This document shows, in pieces, positions 1 to 9,065 of a stretch of 64,000 nt of DNA. The DNA is taken from assembly GCA_951813615.1 (NCBI GenBank), contig OX638377.1, positions 3,434,599 to 3,498,598 of the forward strand, given 5' to 3'. Every line of letters begins with the position of its first letter. Position 1 is the stretch's first letter. A program made the position numbers and the translations under genes. The stretch is from an uncultured Latescibacterota bacterium (GTDB lineage: Bacteria; Latescibacterota; UBA2968; UBA8231). Below the pieces are notes generated by a model. The model had not been told where the DNA came from, ran no database searches, and saw only the letters and a list, made by a program, of their open reading frames with translations.

Positions 1-1
1 C

Positions 2-82
2 GGGCTCGACTTCGACCCGCAGGGCCGACTCTATATCACCGACACGTACAACCACCGCATCCGCCGCGTCGTCTTGCCATGA
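2..82 (+). CDS. NHL-repeat protein, 3' end only (truncated by window edge)
   Basis: Frame 2 reads GLDFDPQGRLYITDTYNHRIRRVVLP*, a typical NHL repeat; its TGA overlaps the next ATG (ATGA). Confidence 0.8.
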   Translation, partial: GLDFDPQGRLYITDTYNHRIRRVVLP

Positions 83-1287
83 TCTACCTAGCGCTTTTAC
101 TCATCCTGTCCGCCTGCGGAGAAACGCCCACTGGCCCTAGCACCCCCTACGGACGCATCGAAACCTTTGCTGGCACGGGCGACGCCGGCAAAGGCCCGGA
201 GGAAGCTCCGCTGCTGCAAGCGCTCTTCTACCTGCCACAAGACCTGACCTACGGCCCCGATGGGCGACTCTACATCCTCGACTGGAACAATCACCGAGTC
301 CGCGTCACCACCAAGGCCAGCGTCACCACCCAGACGCGACAGCAGCACCCGCGATACCGAGACAGCGGTACCAAGGCCAGCGTCACCACCTTAATTGGCA
401 CCGGCGAACTCGGCGATGCCCCGGCCGGTCGGGCGCGCGAGATCGGCCTCAACCATCCGACCCACATTTCCTTCGATCCGCTCGGACGCCTGATACTAAC
501 GGCTTGGCACAACTCAATGATCCTGCGCTACGACTTTGCCACCGACTATATCGAGCCGATCTGCGGCACGGGCGAGCGCACCTACAGCGGCGACGGCGGC
601 CCCGCGGCCCTAGCGACGATCAACCTGCCAAGCGCTACCGCCTTCGACCCGCTCGGACGTATGTACATCTCCGATCAGGAAAACCAGCGCATCCGCATGG
701 TCGATACAGACGGCACGATCCACACGGTCGTCGGCACGGGCGAGCCGGGTTTTTCCGGCGACGGGGGTCCCGCTGATCAAGCCCGAATCTACGCGCCGAT
801 AGGCCAAGCGGCCCCTCCTACGAGCCGCATCGCCACCGACGAATTCGGTAATCTCTACCTCGCCGACACCTTCAACAATCGAATCCGCAAGATTGACTAC
901 GCGACCGGCATCATTACCACTATCGCCGGTAACAACGCGCGGGCCATCGGCTCCATCGCCGACTACACCTCCCCACCCGAACCCGGAGACAGCGAAGACG
1001 GGGTCGACGCGCTTGCGGTGTCCCTGTACTGGCCCTGTGACGTGGCCATTGACTCCGAGGGCCGAGTCTTTTTCGCCGATACCTTCAACCACTGCGTCCG
1101 CTACATCGACCTCGACGGCACCATCTACACCGCAGCCGGTCAGTGCGGCAAATCCGGCGATACGGGCGATGGCGGCCATCCGCAGTCCGCCCTGCTCAAC
1201 CGCCCCTACGGCATCGAACTCGACCCCGACGACAATCTCTACATCGCCGATACTCGCAATCATCGCATCCGCCTAGTGCGAAAGTGA
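79..1287 (+). CDS. NHL-repeat (beta-propeller) lipoprotein
   Basis: Lipobox LILSAC; repeated LYxADTxNxRIR and GxGDGGPA motifs. Confidence 0.88.
   Translation: MIYLALLLILSACGETPTGPSTPYGRIETFAGTGDAGKGPEEAPLLQALFYLPQDLTYGPDGRLYILDWNNHRVRVTTKASVTTQTRQQHPRYRDSGTKASVTTLIGTGELGDAPAGRAREIGLNHPTHISFDPLGRLILTAWHNSMILRYDFATDYIEPICGTGERTYSGDGGPAALATINLPSATAFDPLGRMYISDQENQRIRMVDTDGTIHTVVGTGEPGFSGDGGPADQARIYAPIGQAAPPTSRIATDEFGNLYLADTFNNRIRKIDYATGIITTIAGNNARAIGSIADYTSPPEPGDSEDGVDALAVSLYWPCDVAIDSEGRVFFADTFNHCVRYIDLDGTIYTAAGQCGKSGDTGDGGHPQSALLNRPYGIELDPDDNLYIADTRNHRIRLVRK
310..390 (+). repeat. 21-bp direct repeat flanking a 39-bp spacer inside the NHL gene
   Basis: accaaggccagcgtcaccacc at 310-330 and 370-390 (TKASVTT twice). 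Confidence 0.9.
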
Positions 1288-1294
1288 AGGGCTG

Positions 1295-2095
1295 CTAATC
1301 GTCCAGATTGCCCTGGACTATCACCTCCCCCGCAAATCCCTCGGCCACCATCCGCTCGGCAAAGGCCCACACCTCTGATTGGGGCAGCAGCGCGTTGTTG
1401 CTGATGATCAAATCCGCTCCCACGTGGCCGATGCCGCGCAACCCATCCAAGCTCTGCAGCGCGTCGTTGCCACTAACCTCTAAAAAGTCCCGCACGCTAG
1501 CTAAGTAGTGCAGGCCTTCTAGGCTTTGCAGCGCGTCGTTGAACCAAATGTCCACGCTGCCTTCGATCTCCACGAGGTGTGGCATGTCCGTCAGGGACGC
1601 AAGTGACTCATTGCGGACGAGCGCCAAGCCCCCGCTGACAGAGGCCAAGTTCTCCAGCCCTTTGAGCGAGCGCAGCGCCTTGTTTTCAAAGATCAATAGC
1701 CCTTCCACCACGTGGGCGGCTTTGCCGGCCGCGGGTGTGGGCAAGGGCGGTGATGCATCCGCTGGGCCTAGTCCAGCTCCGACGCTTTCAAGCCCTTCCA
1801 ATCCCGCTAGGCTCTCCAAGTGGTCGTTAAACCAAATCTCGACGCTGCCCTCGACGCGCCTCAGCCCTTCCAAACCCGTTAGCGCAACTAAGCTGCTCCC
1901 GACGATTTGCAAGTCGCCGTCGATGATGTAACTATCTCCCCCCCTTTCCCTAAGGGCCGCGATATCTGCCGGCGACGCAATGACAACGCCCTCTTCCAAG
2001 ACGATCGGAGCTATCGGATCTTTGCCACAGCCTGCCAGCGTGACGAACAACAGCAAGATCGCCCGCTCAAAAATCCCGCGCACACCGGATCCCAA
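1295..2095 (-). CDS. Leucine-rich / receptor L-domain-like repeat lipoprotein
   Basis: Lipobox TLAGC; repeats of NxxLxSLxGLExLxxVxGxLxI. Start uncertain (TTG). Confidence 0.8.
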   Translation of the reverse strand: MGSGVRGIFERAILLLFVTLAGCGKDPIAPIVLEEGVVIASPADIAALRERGGDSYIIDGDLQIVGSSLVALTGLEGLRRVEGSVEIWFNDHLESLAGLEGLESVGAGLGPADASPPLPTPAAGKAAHVVEGLLIFENKALRSLKGLENLASVSGGLALVRNESLASLTDMPHLVEIEGSVDIWFNDALQSLEGLHYLASVRDFLEVSGNDALQSLDGLRGIGHVGADLIISNNALLPQSEVWAFAERMVAEGFAGEVIVQGNLDD

Positions 2096-2918
2096 TATCT
2101 ATATCAGTCAGTCGCGGATCATAGGCTTCCCGATTCGCCGCGGGCAGAGACTCCTTCTCAAACCACCACGACCCACCCCGCAGCACCCCAAACTCCCCGC
2201 GCAGCGGCCCCTGCGGATTGTCCCGTGGACTTTCTGCATAGTACGTGTCCCCGTACCAATCGGACACCCATTCCCACACGTTACCCGCCATGTCGTGTCC
2301 CCCGTACGGCGACACGCCAGCGGGACGGCTGCCCACCGGCTCGGTCGCTCCGGCGATAAAGCGAAAGTTGGCCTCGTCGCCTTCCAACTCGTATCCCCAA
2401 GGATATATGCGCCCATCGGTTCCGCGCGCGGCCTTCTCCCACTCGGCCTCAGTCGGCAGCCGCAGGCCAGCCCACGCACAATAGTCGAACGCGCTTTGGC
2501 GGTTCACGCAGTTGATGGGATGCGTGTCTTCTATGTCTTTATCCCAATTGCAGTTAGGGGCATAGGCCGGCTCTTCGCAGGCGTCGGCCTCCACGCAGCG
2601 CCGGTACAGTCCTATGGTGACCTCGAATTGGTCGATGTAGTAATCAGAAAGAAAAACTTGGTGCGGCGGCTGCTCGTCCGGGTCGCCCGCATCCCAGCCC
2701 ATCACAAAAAGACCTTCGGGCACGAGGACCATGGCGTGATCGGCTTTGTTGACCTCGGTGACTTCGCTGGGCTCTTCGGCAACTTCGCTGGGTTCTTCGG
2801 TAGCAGGAGCCTCTTCGGGCGAAGTAGGCGCAACTACACGGTCTTCGCTCACCTGCCCCGGGGTCTTTTGGCCGCAACCAAGTGCCAACAGGGCCATGCA
2901 CACCAGTGCGCGACTCAA
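2067..2918 (-). CDS. Formylglycine-generating enzyme (FGE/SUMF1)-family lipoprotein
   Basis: RLPTEAEWEKAARG, DMAGNVWEW and RGGSW motifs; lipobox LALGC; TTG start at 2918 chosen for GAGGGG RBS. Confidence 0.88.
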   Translation of the reverse strand: MSRALVCMALLALGCGQKTPGQVSEDRVVAPTSPEEAPATEEPSEVAEEPSEVTEVNKADHAMVLVPEGLFVMGWDAGDPDEQPPHQVFLSDYYIDQFEVTIGLYRRCVEADACEEPAYAPNCNWDKDIEDTHPINCVNRQSAFDYCAWAGLRLPTEAEWEKAARGTDGRIYPWGYELEGDEANFRFIAGATEPVGSRPAGVSPYGGHDMAGNVWEWVSDWYGDTYYAESPRDNPQGPLRGEFGVLRGGSWWFEKESLPAANREAYDPRLTDIDIGIRCARDF

Positions 2919-2929
2919 CGTGCAACCCC

Positions 2930-4921
2930 TCAGAACACGACCTGCGACACGGCCTTGGAAATCAGTGCAATGGCAATGGACGTCATGCCGATCAGGCCCA
3001 CGCCGCACGAGTACCCGGCCAGCACGATGGGCGCGTACGCGTACCAGCGCTCGGGGCCAAAGCGCTTTTGCAAATAGAAGCGACCCAGCAAGGCACCGAC
3101 GAAGTTGAGGATGGCAAAGTGCGGCCAGCCGCCGAGGCCAGCGACAAAACCATAGAAGATTCCCAGCGGTGCGCTGAGTGCGCTCAGCAGCGCGTACAAT
3201 GCGCCGCTAAAAACCAGCCCAATCCCGATGTAATCCCAGCGAATAATTTGCGTCACCAAGCTCTGGCCTGCACCCGGCAGCGTTGACTTAGCCCAGAACG
3301 CCTGCATGGTAGCGTGGAAGGGCCACATCTTTTGCACGAATGGGTATGCCGAGGAGGGAATCGGCCCTAACTTCCATATCAGCGACCAGAACAGGAAGCT
3401 ACACACGAACATCACAGCCAAGGTCAGAGCCGTCATCTTGACGATGCTGCCAAAGCGGGTGCGCGTCAGCTCTAGCTGCTTGAACACTTGCGCCTCGTAG
3501 CCCCACTGGAAGATCGGCACCGGCGCGAACCAGATCCCAGCCCCTTGGTAGCCGGACAAGTAGAAACTGGCCTCGCGCAGATAGGGAAACGTTACCCCCT
3601 GCGGCGACCCGGTCAGGCCGATCATCCGCGTGCCGATGTACGAGTAGATCGGCGTCCACACAAAGCCGAAGAGCGCGGTGATCCACCAAGGAAAATCGGG
3701 CACCAAATAGTACACCATCAGCACAAAGCCCAGCGTGCTCACCGCCCAGATCCCCAAGGCCATGACAATGCGGATGTCGCCGCGCTCGGGACTAGGTCCC
3801 CGGTCCGCTTCCCGCGCCGAGGCGCGCTCCTTGCTAGCGGCGAGCAAGACCTTGCCCGCCGTATAGAAGCCCACAGCCGCAACTACGATGGCCCCGCCCA
3901 GCGAAAAACTCAGCCAGAAGTCAAAGGTATTGGCGATCTGCGTGGGGATCGACGACATGCCCGGCTCCCAGGTGTGCAGGATGCCGTAGGCATAGAGGAT
4001 GGGGTTGGCGATCAAGTTGACCACAATCGACGAGGCAAACACCCCTACCACGACCCAGAACGGCAGCACGAGGCCAAACAGCACGTGGATTAAATCCGTG
4101 GCCAAGCCGATGACTGCGGCGGGCAAAACCGCCTTTAGCGGCACGGTGAAGTCGATGAAGGGAATCGGCAAAATCGACACGGTCTCGGTCAGAAAAACCG
4201 ACGACAGCGTTGGCACCACCACGTAGAATACGCCCCACACCGCCCCGATAAAGGCCCCGGTGCTGAACACGTGCCAGCGCCAGCCCTCCTGCTTGGCCGA
4301 GGTCTCGGCAAGGGCGGTGGCACCGCCAGCCTGTACATACGCCATGGGAAAGGGCAAACGCTCGATGTCGTGGGTGATGCGGAAGAGCACGTAACCCAAC
4401 GACAGGGCATTGACGCGCTGCAATGCAACGGCGCAGAGGAGAATGACGATGGGCTTGAGCCACGCGCTGTCGAGAAAGCTGCGCTCTAAGAGGGCCTCCG
4501 ACCCACGCGGAGGCACGACCCAAGTTGGAATGTGTTCGGCCAGTCCGTCGGCCTGAGGCGATTGGATCAGATATTGATCCCAAATCAACACGCCGAACGG
4601 GCCACCGAAGAGGTCCGCCCCCGTGCCCAGCTTGCCACCCATCATCACCAAGCCCCCGGCCACCCAGTAGAGAATAATAATCTCCTGAGTCCGCAGGTAC
4701 ACGAAAGTGCGCTTGGCCATCTCGATAAAGAGAATCAGGGTCACCCACTCGGCACCCCCGGCCATGCTCATCCCAGTCACCAGCCCGAGGTAAATCGCGC
4801 CCGGCAGCATTACAAAGCCGACGAAGAGCGCCGCCCACAGGGTCTTTGCATTGAAGCCCGGTTCAAAGGGGGCGTCGGCGGGCATAACCGCGAAGCGCTC
4901 TTGGGCGTTGGCCTGTGACAA
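2930..4921 (-). CDS. OPT/YSL-like oligopeptide transporter family membrane protein
   Basis: 663 aa with many TM helices; IERLPFP motif typical of the OPT family. Confidence 0.7.
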   Translation of the reverse strand: MSQANAQERFAVMPADAPFEPGFNAKTLWAALFVGFVMLPGAIYLGLVTGMSMAGGAEWVTLILFIEMAKRTFVYLRTQEIIILYWVAGGLVMMGGKLGTGADLFGGPFGVLIWDQYLIQSPQADGLAEHIPTWVVPPRGSEALLERSFLDSAWLKPIVILLCAVALQRVNALSLGYVLFRITHDIERLPFPMAYVQAGGATALAETSAKQEGWRWHVFSTGAFIGAVWGVFYVVVPTLSSVFLTETVSILPIPFIDFTVPLKAVLPAAVIGLATDLIHVLFGLVLPFWVVVGVFASSIVVNLIANPILYAYGILHTWEPGMSSIPTQIANTFDFWLSFSLGGAIVVAAVGFYTAGKVLLAASKERASAREADRGPSPERGDIRIVMALGIWAVSTLGFVLMVYYLVPDFPWWITALFGFVWTPIYSYIGTRMIGLTGSPQGVTFPYLREASFYLSGYQGAGIWFAPVPIFQWGYEAQVFKQLELTRTRFGSIVKMTALTLAVMFVCSFLFWSLIWKLGPIPSSAYPFVQKMWPFHATMQAFWAKSTLPGAGQSLVTQIIRWDYIGIGLVFSGALYALLSALSAPLGIFYGFVAGLGGWPHFAILNFVGALLGRFYLQKRFGPERWYAYAPIVLAGYSCGVGLIGMTSIAIALISKAVSQVVF

Positions 4922-4940
4922 AATTACTCCCCTCGTTTGC

Positions 4941-6593
4941 TCAGTTCTGCACTGACTCGTCGTCCAAATACCGCAGGTGCTCTTCGTACACGTCTATCTG
5001 CTCGGCGTATTTTTGGCGCAAATCCCGCAGATAGCTGTTGAAGAACTCCCGCTCGGCGCGCTCGCGCACATCCCGCTCCACCGAATTCCGCACCCGCTCT
5101 AGCTCTAGGCCGTGGTAAATCTCTGGGTATCGTTCGATGACCCGGAAAACCGAATAGCCCCCCCTCGTTTGGATCGGCCCTTGGAGCTGGTTCAGTTCGG
5201 TGTTCATCACCGCGTTCATCCAAACCTCCCCCAAAAAAGGAGCCTGTGATTCGGAGACGTACAGGAGACCATCTTCGGCGTTGCGGCGTCGGCTGTGAGC
5301 GCGGGCCAACTCCGACCACTCGGCACCCTCCTCAATCTGAGCCGCGATCTGGCGTGCCTCATCTGGGGTCGCGAGTAAAATTTCCTCTAATTGCGCGTGA
5401 GGGGGGCTGCGGAAACGGTGCTTGTGCTCCTCGTAGAAGGCCTGCAGCTCGTCTTCCGTCGGCGTGGGAGCCTCAGCCAAGATCTGCTCGCGCAGTTTCA
5501 TCAGCATCAGGTTGCCCAACGCTAGTTCATGCGACCGCGCGAAAGCCTCGGTTTTATCGAGGCCCTTGCGCCGGGCGTCGTGGGCCATAATGCGGGTGGG
5601 AAAGTGGCTCTCAGAGAGTTTCTCGTTGACGGAGTCTGCTGTGGCTTCCAACCACAGGCGGCCCGATGGCCGCACGGCCTCTAATACCTCTGCCACGTCC
5701 ATCTGCAAGCCCTCGAAAGCATAGACCGGGTGCTGGCGCTGAGCCTCGTCCAAGTCCGCGTAGCTAACCGAGCCCTGTAAGACGCTGACCACTATATCCA
5801 TGCCCTCGGCGTCAAAGACCGTGTCCAAATCCCACTTGAGGTGCCGCAGGTACGATTCGCGCAGTTGCTTTTGCTGCTCGTCGCCGAGTGCCTCGCGGAT
5901 GCCATCCTCGACCTCGATCAATTCTGCGCGGCGGCGCTCTCCCACTTTGGCGATGACGAATCCTCCGTGCAAGGGGAGCGGCTCAGTCACGCCGCCCTCG
6001 GGCAGGGCGAAGACCGCTTGTGCTAGGTCACGGGGGCTGTCGAAGGGCGAATAGGCCAGTCGCCGAATTTCGCCGGTATTCATGCCGTAATAGGGATCGG
6101 CGGCGAACTGACGACCAGCTTCCGCAAAGTCCCCGCCCTGCGCCAAAAGCGCCTGCACCTGACGCGCTTGTTCCCGGTTAGGCACAAAAATCTCCATGGT
6201 GGTGACTTTTTCCCCCCACCCCGGCCGCGCGTAGCCTTTTTCGATATCTTCCTCAGTAACTGAGACCTTGGCCGTGACGTTGCGCTGCATCATTGCGTCA
6301 GCTAGGGCCTTGGTTTCGCGCTCGGCGAGTTCAGCTAAGACCGTTTCGTCGTGCTGCAAACCCCGCTCATTGGCCGCCAAAAGCAACACCTCGCGGTCAA
6401 TGAGCGTTTGCAAGTTGTCCCGGTGCTGCACGCGCATGGTGGCCGTTTCGAGATTGGCCTCAAAGGTGCGCAGATCGGGCGCGGTAATCTCGACCTCACC
6501 AACCTTGGCCAGCAGATCGGCATTGTCTGGTCGCTTCTCGCCACAGCTAATGCAGGCCCCGACTAGCAGCCCAACCAACAGCAGTTTGTGCAT
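4941..6593 (-). CDS. Parvulin (PpiC)-type peptidyl-prolyl isomerase/foldase lipoprotein (SurA/PrsA-like)
   Basis: LAKVGEVEIT...LIDREVLL N-domain; two rotamase-like domains (GDFAEAGRQF...GGFVIAKV; WSELARAHS...GGYSVFRV); lipobox ACISC. Confidence 0.82.
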   Translation of the reverse strand: MHKLLLVGLLVGACISCGEKRPDNADLLAKVGEVEITAPDLRTFEANLETATMRVQHRDNLQTLIDREVLLLAANERGLQHDETVLAELAERETKALADAMMQRNVTAKVSVTEEDIEKGYARPGWGEKVTTMEIFVPNREQARQVQALLAQGGDFAEAGRQFAADPYYGMNTGEIRRLAYSPFDSPRDLAQAVFALPEGGVTEPLPLHGGFVIAKVGERRRAELIEVEDGIREALGDEQQKQLRESYLRHLKWDLDTVFDAEGMDIVVSVLQGSVSYADLDEAQRQHPVYAFEGLQMDVAEVLEAVRPSGRLWLEATADSVNEKLSESHFPTRIMAHDARRKGLDKTEAFARSHELALGNLMLMKLREQILAEAPTPTEDELQAFYEEHKHRFRSPPHAQLEEILLATPDEARQIAAQIEEGAEWSELARAHSRRRNAEDGLLYVSESQAPFLGEVWMNAVMNTELNQLQGPIQTRGGYSVFRVIERYPEIYHGLELERVRNSVERDVRERAEREFFNSYLRDLRQKYAEQIDVYEEHLRYLDDESVQN

Positions 6594-6681
6594 AAAAAGA
6601 GGAGCTAGACGGAAGGTCCAGCTCCTCGCAATGAGATATCCTACCATGCTGTACTATCCAGATGCGGAGCAACGCCAGGAC

Positions 6682-7449
6682 TTAACCCGACCCGCCCGCA
6701 CTGGCCTTTTCCCTCGTTCCTTGGTCCACCGCAAAGCGAAACTCGACGTCGATGGTCTCTTCCGGATTGCCGCTGGCGTCAAACGAAAGCACGAATTCGT
6801 GGAATGTGAGCAGCAACTCGTCGTTTTCTGGCAGCAACGGGTCGAAGACCAACATGCCTTTTTGATTGCTATCGCGGAAGATCGGTCGCTGGCGGTGAAA
6901 GACCGTCTTGTAGATAATGCCCATGCGCTCCAAGTTGATTTCGCGTTCGTTACCCGAAGTGCCGAGCTCCATTCTGTAGTACTTGGTGAAGCTATTGCCC
7001 CCCAGTACGATCGCCCCCTCGCGCCCAGGATCGTAGTAGCGATAGGTCTCGCCGCCCGATTCCATGGTCGCCTTGGCCGGATCGAATTCGATCTTGGCAT
7101 AGGTTTTGTTTATGACCTCGACCTCAAAGACCGTGAACTGCGGCGGAATATAGCCCTTTTCAGGATCGATCTTGTCTCGGGTGTAGGGGTTGACGTGGCG
7201 ACCATCGTACAGAGGTGGGAATCGCTCGTTGAGCTCGGGGTCACTCAGGTGCCGGACCCTAATCAAAAGCCCCTCTTTGCTAAAGACCATCGAGCTGTCG
7301 TCTGGGTCGATGGTGTAATCGCCGCGGCCCTCGGGCAGGATGGGCATCACGTGTAGGTCGTACTCGAGTTGGGGCGGCACCAGCCCTCCACAACTCCAGA
7401 CTAGCCCGAGCACCACTAAGCCGACGAGCACCATATACCTCGTTCTCAT
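6682..7449 (-). CDS. Hypothetical lipoprotein (paralog of 18490-19269)
   Basis: Lipobox LVWSC; shares YxIDPxDSS, PYT, PPxxTVFEVxVINxT and FRFxVDxG with 18490-19269. Confidence 0.8.
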   Translation of the reverse strand: MRTRYMVLVGLVVLGLVWSCGGLVPPQLEYDLHVMPILPEGRGDYTIDPDDSSMVFSKEGLLIRVRHLSDPELNERFPPLYDGRHVNPYTRDKIDPEKGYIPPQFTVFEVEVINKTYAKIEFDPAKATMESGGETYRYYDPGREGAIVLGGNSFTKYYRMELGTSGNEREINLERMGIIYKTVFHRQRPIFRDSNQKGMLVFDPLLPENDELLLTFHEFVLSFDASGNPEETIDVEFRFAVDQGTREKASAGGSG

Positions 7450-7480
7450 AAAATTGCAACTCCCTTTTTGCTAGCTGTCG

Positions 7481-7900
7481 TCAATTGGTTGGTTCCTCGG
7501 TTTCAATGTCGATCTGTGCTACTCCCGCTATAGTCGCCATTTCCATCGCGTCGATGATATGGCCGTGCGCGGCATCGGCATCCGCGGTGATAATCAATGT
7601 CGATGAGCCGGTGCGGACCTTTTCGCGCTCTAGCCAACTTGCGAGCTGCCCCATGGCCACTAGCTGCCCGTTGATCTCAAGCTGACCCTCGCTCGAAATG
7701 CGCAGATTCAGCTTCTTCTCAGACTTGATCTGGTCGTAATGGACCGAATCGGGCAGCTCGATCTTGAGCTGGGTAGCCTTGACGAAGACCGTGGTGGTCA
7801 TAAAGAAGATCAGCAGCAGGAATACCGCGTCTATCATCGGCGTTAGATTCAGTTCAAATTCGCCGGCTTTTTCGGCCAGCGACTGTCTCCGTTTAGCCAT
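7481..7900 (-). CDS. exbD: Biopolymer transport protein ExbD/TolR
   Basis: LNLTPMIDAVFLLLIFFM TM with conserved Asp; IxADxxAxHG motif. Confidence 0.9.
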   Translation of the reverse strand: MAKRRQSLAEKAGEFELNLTPMIDAVFLLLIFFMTTTVFVKATQLKIELPDSVHYDQIKSEKKLNLRISSEGQLEINGQLVAMGQLASWLEREKVRTGSSTLIITADADAAHGHIIDAMEMATIAGVAQIDIETEEPTN

Positions 7901-7904
7901 GCCG

Positions 7905-8324
7905 CTATCCTTCTCCGCTCTTGGCGAAAGCGATGGCTTCAATGCCCTCGCCGCGGGCGATGTCCATCACCTGCACCACATAGGAGTGAGGTATTGAACG
8001 CGCGGACTCTAAGATCACGTTCTTGGTGTTGTCGGCCTCGATGACTTGGCGGATCTTTTCCGCCAAGCTCTCCTTATCCGTGACCTCGCCGTTGACTTGG
8101 ATCGTCTGATCCGGGTCAATCACGATGTTCATGTCCTTGGTCGCTCGCGACTCACCCTCGCCGCCCGGCAGATCTACGCTCAGGCCCTTGGGGTTGACGA
8201 AGGTAGTCGCCACCATAAAGAAAACCAATAGCAAGAACATGCAGTTGATAAGCGGTGTCAGATCCGGATTCTCCGAGGTCTTGAAGGCGCTTTTGCCGAA
8301 TCCGCTCTTTCGTCTTTGCCGCAT
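7905..8324 (-). CDS. exbD: Biopolymer transport protein ExbD/TolR (atypical: Asn in place of the TM Asp)
   Basis: PDLTPLINCMFLLLVFFMV TM; VVQVMDIAR C-terminal motif. Confidence 0.85.
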   Translation of the reverse strand: MRQRRKSGFGKSAFKTSENPDLTPLINCMFLLLVFFMVATTFVNPKGLSVDLPGGEGESRATKDMNIVIDPDQTIQVNGEVTDKESLAEKIRQVIEADNTKNVILESARSIPHSYVVQVMDIARGEGIEAIAFAKSGEG

Positions 8325-8342
8325 CGCAGCGTCTCTTTCTGC

Positions 8343-9017
8343 CTAGCTGGCCTCCCGCTGGCTGGCTTGGAAGCGCACCAACAGGGTATTGGCAAAGGCG
8401 TGGCAGTATAGCTCCACGCTCTTGAAGACCTTTTCCGCGCGGCCGGAGAGGTAGCGGTGGAAGATGATGGTCGGAATGGCGACGATGAGGCCACTGGCCG
8501 TAGTAATCAGGGCCTCGGAGATGCCGCTGGCCACGGCCGCCGGATCGCCGGCCCCAGCGCGGGCAATCGCGTCAAACGCGTTAATCATACCCATGATCGT
8601 GCCCAACAACCCCATCAGCGGGGAGAGGACGCCAATGGTTCCCAGCGCGTTGAGCAGACGACCGAGATACATCTCACCGGCCTCCTCAGTGGCCAAGATC
8701 AACTCCTGACGCATGTCCTCTAGGTCCGTGCGATTTTCCAGCACTAAGGTATCGTAGCGCTTCACCAAGGCGGCGAAGATGAAGTTGAGTACGCCACTGC
8801 CCTGCCGGAATAGCTCGACGGCTCCGCCTTCGCCTTGGCTTTTGAGCACTTCCTCGGCCTCGTTCAGCTGCTGTTCGGCCTCCTCTTCGCCCGGGACCGC
8901 CAGCAGGCGCCACAGCCGTTCGATGATGATGGCTAGGGCAATCAGCAAGCAGAGCAACAGGGGCCACATAATAGGCCCGCCTTTGAAAAACTGGTCAACT
9001 AAAAAATTCTGCTCCAT
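8343..9017 (-). CDS. exbB: MotA/TolQ/ExbB proton channel protein
   Basis: GGPIMWPL; SPLMGLLGTIMGMINAF; GISEALITTASGLIVAIP. Confidence 0.92.
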   Translation of the reverse strand: MEQNFLVDQFFKGGPIMWPLLLCLLIALAIIIERLWRLLAVPGEEEAEQQLNEAEEVLKSQGEGGAVELFRQGSGVLNFIFAALVKRYDTLVLENRTDLEDMRQELILATEEAGEMYLGRLLNALGTIGVLSPLMGLLGTIMGMINAFDAIARAGAGDPAAVASGISEALITTASGLIVAIPTIIFHRYLSGRAEKVFKSVELYCHAFANTLLVRFQASQREAS

Positions 9018-9065
9018 TACAACCTCCCGGTATTGTGTCCTGCTTTGCGCTGCGTTGAAAGCTCG

